From IMG/VR virus record IMGVR_UViG_3300014038_000199: a stretch of 64,000 bases of DNA. One strand, written 5' to 3'. The DNA comes from a virus (Duplodnaviria > Heunggongvirae > Uroviricota > Caudoviricetes). Below the pieces are notes generated by a model. That model was not told where the DNA came from. It was given only the letters and a program-made list of their open reading frames with translations, and made no database searches. Below, in pieces: positions 59,601-64,000 of the stretch. Both the position numbers and the translations under genes were made by a program. Within the stretch, counting starts at the first letter, position 1; the number at the start of each line of letters is the position of its first letter.

Positions 59601-59632
59601 ACCAGTTAAGGCTCTGGTATAACAAAAGCCTT
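59601..59632 (+). ncRNA. H-type pseudoknot motif, copy 1
   Basis: ACCAG/CTGGT stem. Loop AAGGCT pairs with AGCCTT after an A-rich linker. Confidence 0.6.
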
Positions 59633-59677
59633 AGTATAAAAGGTGGTTTTTATCAGGTTCAATTCCTGATTATACTT
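59633..59677 (+). ncRNA. Anticodon-less tRNA mimic 1
   Basis: Acceptor AGTATAA/TTATACT, T-arm TCAGG-TTCAATT-CCTGA, 13-nt GG-containing connector. Confidence 0.7.
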
Positions 59678-59732
59678 TGCCTATTAGGCAATTAATAACA
59701 GACTGCGACTGTTTTACTTCTCATGTAACAGT

Positions 59733-59782
59733 TAGATACTTGCAGACGGGCATTAAGATTGGTTCAAATCCAATGTATCTAA
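59733..59782 (+). ncRNA. Anticodon-less tRNA mimic 2
   Basis: Acceptor TAGATAC/GTATCTA, D-arm TGC-AGACGG-GCA, T-arm ATTGG-TTCAAAT-CCAAT. Confidence 0.75.
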
Positions 59783-59801
59783 TTCCACTGTTTGTGGTTT
59801 T

Positions 59802-59980
59802 AATAGTTAAGAATATTGAGAATTTTAATCTTTATATTATTTTCAATAAAAAGCGACTTGGAATGAGATACTATCTCAAACTTTAGTTAAGGTGTGCAGT
59901 ATACCTAGTGTCCTAGGATAATTTATTCTAGCTTAGCTAAAAGGTAAAATATAATTTATTTTTATATTTTACTAACTGTT
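59802..59980 (+). ncRNA. Putative multibranched structured RNA
   Basis: Closing stem AATAGTTA/TAACTGTT encloses six helices. Confidence 0.5.
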
Positions 59981-60028
59981 CAATTCTTCCTAAAAATGAG
60001 TCTGATTTTTAGCTTTCAGGCTCGACAT

Positions 60029-60101
60029 GCTATCATAGCTCAGTTGGTAGAGCATGTGGCTGTTAACCACAGTGTCATAGGTTCGAGTCCTATTGGTAGC
60101 G
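60029..60101 (+). tRNA. tRNA-Asn(GTT), CCA not encoded
   Basis: Full cloverleaf: GCTATCA/TGGTAGC, GCTC/GAGC, TGTGG-CTGTTAA-CCACA, ATAGG-TTCGAGT-CCTAT. Confidence 0.95.
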
Positions 60102-60175
60102 TTGCCCTTGAGGCAATAGGTGTTTGGCGTTAAAAGTCTGTCTTAGGTTACAGACTACCCCCTTATTATCATTAA

Positions 60176-60205
60176 ACCAGTTAAGGCTCTGGTATAAAAA
60201 AGCCT
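60176..60205 (+). ncRNA. H-type pseudoknot motif, copy 2
   Basis: ACCAGTTAAGGCTCTGGTATAAAAAAGCCT, near-identical to copy 1. Confidence 0.6.
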
Positions 60206-60211
60206 GTATAG

Positions 60212-60284
60212 AGCAGGATAGAGCAAATGGTAGCTCACTGGATTCATACTCCAGCTGTTATAGGTTCGAGTCCTATTCCTGCAA
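60212..60284 (+). tRNA. tRNA-Met(CAT), initiator-like, CCA not encoded
   Basis: Cloverleaf with 1:72 mismatch (A:A), GAGC/GCTC D-stem and CTGGA-TTCATAC-TCCAG anticodon arm. Confidence 0.9.
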
Positions 60285-60354
60285 TAAGCACTTTGTGCTT
60301 CTTGTAACATATTTATTCCTTTCTTATAGGCTACCGTGAGGTAGCCTGAAGTAT

Positions 60355-60468
60355 GGCAAAGTAGTTTAAGTAAAACAAATAGGCACTTCCTTGTATTGAT
60401 AAATTCATTACAAATATACTCATCACAACAACTACCTATTGATTAGGGTTCAAGTCCCTACTTTGCTA
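60355..60468 (+). ncRNA. tRNA-like RNA with a 51-nt insert in place of the anticodon loop
   Basis: GGCAAAG/CTTTGCT acceptor, GTTT/AAAC D-stem, AATAGG/CCTATT stem enclosing 60384-60434, TAGGG-TTCAAGT-CCCTA T-arm. Confidence 0.75.
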
Positions 60469-60607
60469 ATTGCCTTCTTAGGCATAAAAGACTCCATTTC
60501 AATTTTTTGGGTAGGATAGGTTAGCTGATAAATTATCCTTTTAAGTTTTTAATGTTGTTTTATGCTTTTTGTGTATACTATATAAACAGCTAACCTATCT
60601 AAAATAA

Positions 60608-60691
60608 ACAGGTATGGCGGAATGGGTAGACGCAGAGGACTTAAAATCCTCTTATAGAAATATAGTGCCAGTTCAAGTCTGGTTACCTGTA
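60608..60691 (+). tRNA. tRNA-Leu(TAA), CCA not encoded
   Basis: ACAGGTA/TACCTGT, GAGGA-CTTAAAA-TCCTC, long variable arm, GCCAG-TTCAAGT-CTGGT. Confidence 0.93.
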
Positions 60692-60764
60692 TGAGTAGTT
60701 AACATTGGGCATGGTGATGGCTACTTACTTCACATGTTTCTCACCTGAGAAACCTCCAACTTTT

Positions 60765-60789
60765 AAGGCACTGAAAACAGTGCCTTTTT
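60765..60789 (+). terminator. Terminator closing the RNA array
   Basis: AAGGCACTG-AAAA-CAGTGCCTT followed by T residues. Confidence 0.8.
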
Positions 60790-60805
60790 AATTTTTAAGG
60801 AGAAA

Positions 60806-61588
60806 ATGTTTATGAGTACTAATATATTAGATATGCTTAGGAAAATAGAATCAGATAACAATATAGAAATTATATTTGCTTGCGATATAGGCAGTAGAGC
60901 ATTAGGATATTCTACTGAAAACAGTGATTATGATATCAGATTTATTTACATACAAAATTCTAAAAAGTATTTAACTATAGATAAAAATAAATTTACTGAT
61001 ACAATTAAATTTAATAAAGACAATTTAGATTTTATAGGATATGACATTAAAAAAGCGTTAAATTTCTGTTTAACTTCTAATACAGCTTTGTGGGATATGA
61101 TTTACTCAAGTTCTGTTATTTTAGAAACTAGCTTATGTAATGATATTAAGAATATAGCTAAAAAGTTTTTTAATAAAAAGACTCTTATAAAGCAATATAC
61201 AGCTAATGCTTATAACAGATATACTAAATACATACTAAATAAAGATACTGTTAAAATAAAGGATTATGCTTTAACTTTAGTAAAGCTAGCTTTAGCTATA
61301 GCTATTTCAAGAGATACTTTTAATAAAGATACTGTGATTAAGGCAAATTTATCAAATTGTTTTAGCATATACCTAAAAGATATGTCAAATAATTTAGAAA
61401 ATTTAATAAAGCTTAGATTAAAAGGTAATGAATACACACAAAGGATAGAATTATTTGATAATTACATTAAATATTATATAGAAATACTTGATAAAATAGA
61501 AAAGACTTTAGTTTACGATACATCAGATAATAATTTAGATGAATATTTTTATAGATTAGTATTAACTAGGATAAGTAATGGTAAGTAG
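60806..61588 (+). CDS. Pol-beta superfamily nucleotidyltransferase (YcgL/RlaP-like)
   Basis: ACDIGSRALGYSTENSDYDIRFIY (hG[GS]...DxD) and D..GYDIKKAL....SN. Confidence 0.85.
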   Translation: MFMSTNILDMLRKIESDNNIEIIFACDIGSRALGYSTENSDYDIRFIYIQNSKKYLTIDKNKFTDTIKFNKDNLDFIGYDIKKALNFCLTSNTALWDMIYSSSVILETSLCNDIKNIAKKFFNKKTLIKQYTANAYNRYTKYILNKDTVKIKDYALTLVKLALAIAISRDTFNKDTVIKANLSNCFSIYLKDMSNNLENLIKLRLKGNEYTQRIELFDNYIKYYIEILDKIEKTLVYDTSDNNLDEYFYRLVLTRISNGK

Positions 61589-61697
61589 CTTAGATTAATA
61601 ATAAACGGCTTATAAATACTATAAAATTGATTTTAATTTGCTTAGATTGTTTATAGGGTAAGAGTATTAATTTAATTTAATTTTGGAGGTAGATGTT

Positions 61698-62558
61698 ATG
61701 TTATATTGTATAGCAGTAATAGTGGATGGAACAGGTAAGGAACTTGGATTCAGATTATTAGATACTAAGCTTATTGATGCTAAAGGTGTTGAAAAGACAA
61801 AGAATTTTTCTACTAATGTTATTTTAGCAAAGCTTAAAGAGGAGCCTGATTCAATAGCCAACTTAGGTATTAGAGATGGTAAAGTAATAGGTACTAATGG
61901 AGTATTGGACAGATACACCAAGATAAGCCAAGACAATCAGTCTGTTTCAGAACCAAGGATGGTAGTTCTATTCAGAACAGATAGCGGTTTTATTGTAACT
62001 GATGGATTCGGAAATGTTACATCTGTTAGTGATAAAGGTGTGTTGGAACTCAATAAAAAAGCGGCTGTAGCTAATGGAAAGCTAGTATCCAAAGATGGAA
62101 AAGAGTTTATAAGTTCCATAGTTGGTGAGTACCCGTTTATGGAGGCTAAGAAAAAGGCAGAAGTTAAGAAAGCGGAGTTATTGTTTATTTCACCTTCTGA
62201 TACAGTGCCTCAAATGATAGAAAAGTTTGAAAAGCATATTAAAAATCCAGAGTATAGGGTTATAGGTAAATTAGATTATGCTTTAAGTTTTGATTTACTT
62301 AGTGGTTTGTTTTATAGGCATGGATTAGGAGAGTATTCAAAAAATCAAGATACCAAAAAGTTAACAGAAGCAATAGTTTATATGAAAGACCATGCAATAC
62401 CTGATTTGAAGAGAATTTGTGATAAAAAAGCTATATTTGAATATGTGCAAGGAATTAAAGAAGTGGCTAAGGGATTAAGTTCAGCAGATGCAGCGGCGGA
62501 TATGGCAATAGCTTTAGCAGAATCTCTTAAGAAAGATAAAGTAAGCTTTTCAAACTAG
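61698..62558 (+). CDS. Hypothetical protein with the shared GFR...N...G.L.RY domain
   Basis: GGAGG + ATG at 61698. LGFRLLD...IANL...GTNGVLDRY...GFIVTDGFG...VANG. Confidence 0.75.
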   Translation: MLYCIAVIVDGTGKELGFRLLDTKLIDAKGVEKTKNFSTNVILAKLKEEPDSIANLGIRDGKVIGTNGVLDRYTKISQDNQSVSEPRMVVLFRTDSGFIVTDGFGNVTSVSDKGVLELNKKAAVANGKLVSKDGKEFISSIVGEYPFMEAKKKAEVKKAELLFISPSDTVPQMIEKFEKHIKNPEYRVIGKLDYALSFDLLSGLFYRHGLGEYSKNQDTKKLTEAIVYMKDHAIPDLKRICDKKAIFEYVQGIKEVAKGLSSADAAADMAIALAESLKKDKVSFSN

Positions 62559-62606
62559 AATATAATTTAATTGAAGCACCTTAGATTTAGAGGTGCTTCA
62601 AATTTT

Positions 62607-64000
62607 ATGGATTTATTAAATAAAAGGATAGATAGCTATTTAGATACTATTGTAGGAAAGTTTATTAGTTTTACAGAGATTGATTATTTTATACTAGATG
62701 GATATGCAAAGAAAATAAGTTTAGTTTCTGATAATAAATTATTGGAAATGCATGAGGCTAATAGCAGTAAGTTTTCTTTGAAATATAAAAACGGAAATAA
62801 ATTTTGCATTAGAAAATATTATAGCTTATATAAGAATAAAATCTATACTGATATTAAATTATATTATATAGGTGGAAGTTCCTTCATAGCTTGTGGTGGT
62901 ATTCCAAGTAAATATAGGATAATAGAAGGAAACATAGAAGATTTAGTAAGTAGTTTATTTTCTTTTTATTCTGGTATTATTGATAAATTAACAAATATTC
63001 CTTATGATTTTAATGATACTATTACAAATAATGATATTATAAGTATATCATCTAAGAATGAGAAAACATCTATATTTTATGATGTTTCAAAAAATAAATA
63101 TATTTTTAGAAACAGACAATTTAATGGATATTCAAGTCCTGCATTTAATAATAGGAGGTTATTAGTAAAGAACAGAGAAAATTCAAGATTGTTAGATATA
63201 CTAGGTTGTTTTGTATTTTGGCAAGATTTAGATGGCAAGATAATTTGTCCTGATTTACAAGAGAAGAGTATGAAACAGGATGATTTTATAAGATTAATCG
63301 TTGTTAGATTTGTAGAGTATGAGCTTTCTATGTTTAATAAGTCTAAAAATTTAGATTTAGCTATAGTTAATAATGACTCTGATAACAAGTTGCTTATATT
63401 GAGTAATGGTGCTATTATAAAGTATGGAAAAAATAAGAGCATTTTACATACAGATATTAAATACTTTTATTCTGCACACAATAATGGAAACAAGTTAAAT
63501 TTACTGTTGTATTCTATGATTAACTATTTATCATATTTAGAAGTTATACAGAGAGCAAGTTTATTAGGTAATATTAATAAATACTTTGATTATTGCTTAA
63601 AAAGCGTAAAAAGAATATCCAAAGATGTTAAGTTTATATGGGTAGATTCAGTTTATTTTGAAAAAGCTTTATGCTGGAAATTGAAGATACATTTTACAAC
63701 TTCTAATAAAACATTTTTATTTAGTGTAGTCTATGATTCCTCTGAAATTAAACTACCTTTTAAGGCTTTTATTGGGAATACCTTTGTTACAGGAAATAAA
63801 AATAATAAGCTTTATAAAAATGCTTACGAATGCATAGATAACTTTTGTAAATTATATACAACTCAAATAAAAGAAGTTCTAAACTATGATAATACTATAT
63901 TACAGGCATCTTATGGTGGCAACTGTGATTTTCCCGAAAAATTTAATATTACTTATGATACATTAATTAATAAGTTAAATACTTCTGGTATTGCAGTAAG
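62607..64000 (+). CDS. Hypothetical protein, 3'-partial (not in ORF track)
   Basis: ATG at 62607 after GAGGTG. The frame was read open for over 200 codons and appears to run off the window end. Confidence 0.7.
   Translation, partial: MDLLNKRIDSYLDTIVGKFISFTEIDYFILDGYAKKISLVSDNKLLEMHEANSSKFSLKYKNGNKFCIRKYYSLYKNKIYTDIKLYYIGGSSFIACGGIPSKYRIIEGNIEDLVSSLFSFYSGIIDKLTNIPYDFNDTITNNDIISISSKNEKTSIFYDVSKNKYIFRNRQFNGYSSPAFNNRRLLVKNRENSRLLDILGCFVFWQDLDGKIICPDLQEKSMKQDDFIRLIVVRFVEYELSMFNKSKNLDLAIVNNDSDNKLLILSNGAIIKYGKNKSILHTDIKYFYSAHNNGNKLNLLLYSMINYLSYLEVIQRASLLGNINKYFDYCLKSVKRISKDVKFIWVDSVYFEKALCWKLKIHFTTSNKTFLFSVVYDSSEIKLPFKAFIGNTFVTGNKNNKLYKNAYECIDNFCKLYTTQIKEVLNYDNTILQASYGGNCDFPEKFNITYDTLINKLNTSGIAV

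Noticed and set aside
59601..59632. preQ1-I riboswitch
   Set aside because: The topology is similar, but the loop is too short for the usual ligand pocket and no coding gene or expression platform follows. Kept only as an unassigned pseudoknot.
60102..60175. tRNA-associated theta/HDV-like or hammerhead ribozyme in the trailers
   Set aside because: I could not build the nested double pseudoknot or find a CUGANGA/GAAA core. Only simple hairpins are visible.
59677..60339. ORFs 59677..59886 and 60124..60339
   Set aside because: They have TTG starts without convincing RBSs and overlap tRNA or tRNA-like structures.
60355..60468. tmRNA or intron-containing tRNA
   Set aside because: It has no G3:U70 alanine acceptor, no tag ORF or pseudoknots, and the insert is too short for a self-splicing intron.
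2064..63442. Remaining short minus-strand and nested ORFs in the ORF track
   Set aside because: Nearly all lie within longer + strand genes and show no recognisable motifs, so they were treated as spurious.
1..64000. Genome-wide stop-codon recoding
   Set aside because: Conserved genes are full-length under code 11, TAA and TAG end genes normally, only one in-frame TGA was seen, and there is no suppressor tRNA.

Overview
A very AT-rich window with essentially every real gene on the + strand. It looks like part of a large extrachromosomal replicon (megaplasmid or phage-plasmid) of a low-GC Firmicute. That assignment is inferred from GGAGG RBSs, sigmaA-type promoters, a Firmicutes-type LexA box and an IS607. 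No virion structural genes and no rRNA or ribosomal-protein genes were recognised. From left to right it holds: (1) a Gram-positive conjugation-like block (VirB4-like ATPase, tiny 2-TM protein, membrane FtsK/SpoIIIE ATPase, hyper-acidic protein, lipoprotein) and an SNF2-like helicase; (2) a tandem array of about 8 divergent paralogs with BspA/LRR-like tails; (3) a metallopeptidase-VWA / MoxR pair interrupted by a non-autonomous IS607 with intact TnpB and omegaRNA; (4) an orphan adenine MTase and a replication/repair set (DnaC-like, type IIA topoisomerase B and A, DnaB-like, RuvC-like, an NAD-ligase split over two genes, ParB-HNH, Tmk); (5) tandem HipA-like kinases; (6) lipoproteins and an SH3-NlpC/P60 hydrolase; (7) a coupled operon of an apparently circularly permuted radical SAM enzyme, a second radical SAM enzyme and a SufS-type desulfurase; (8) a 1.2-kb non-coding unit. 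In this unit three tRNAs (Asn, Met-initiator-like, Leu) alternate with two anticodon-less tRNA mimics, a tRNA scaffold carrying a 51-nt loop, duplicated pseudoknots, structured RNAs and linkers antisense to RBS+AUG. The RNA array and the radical-SAM/desulfurase operon are the best candidates for undescribed systems. All calls are by-eye motif recognition; no searches were run.
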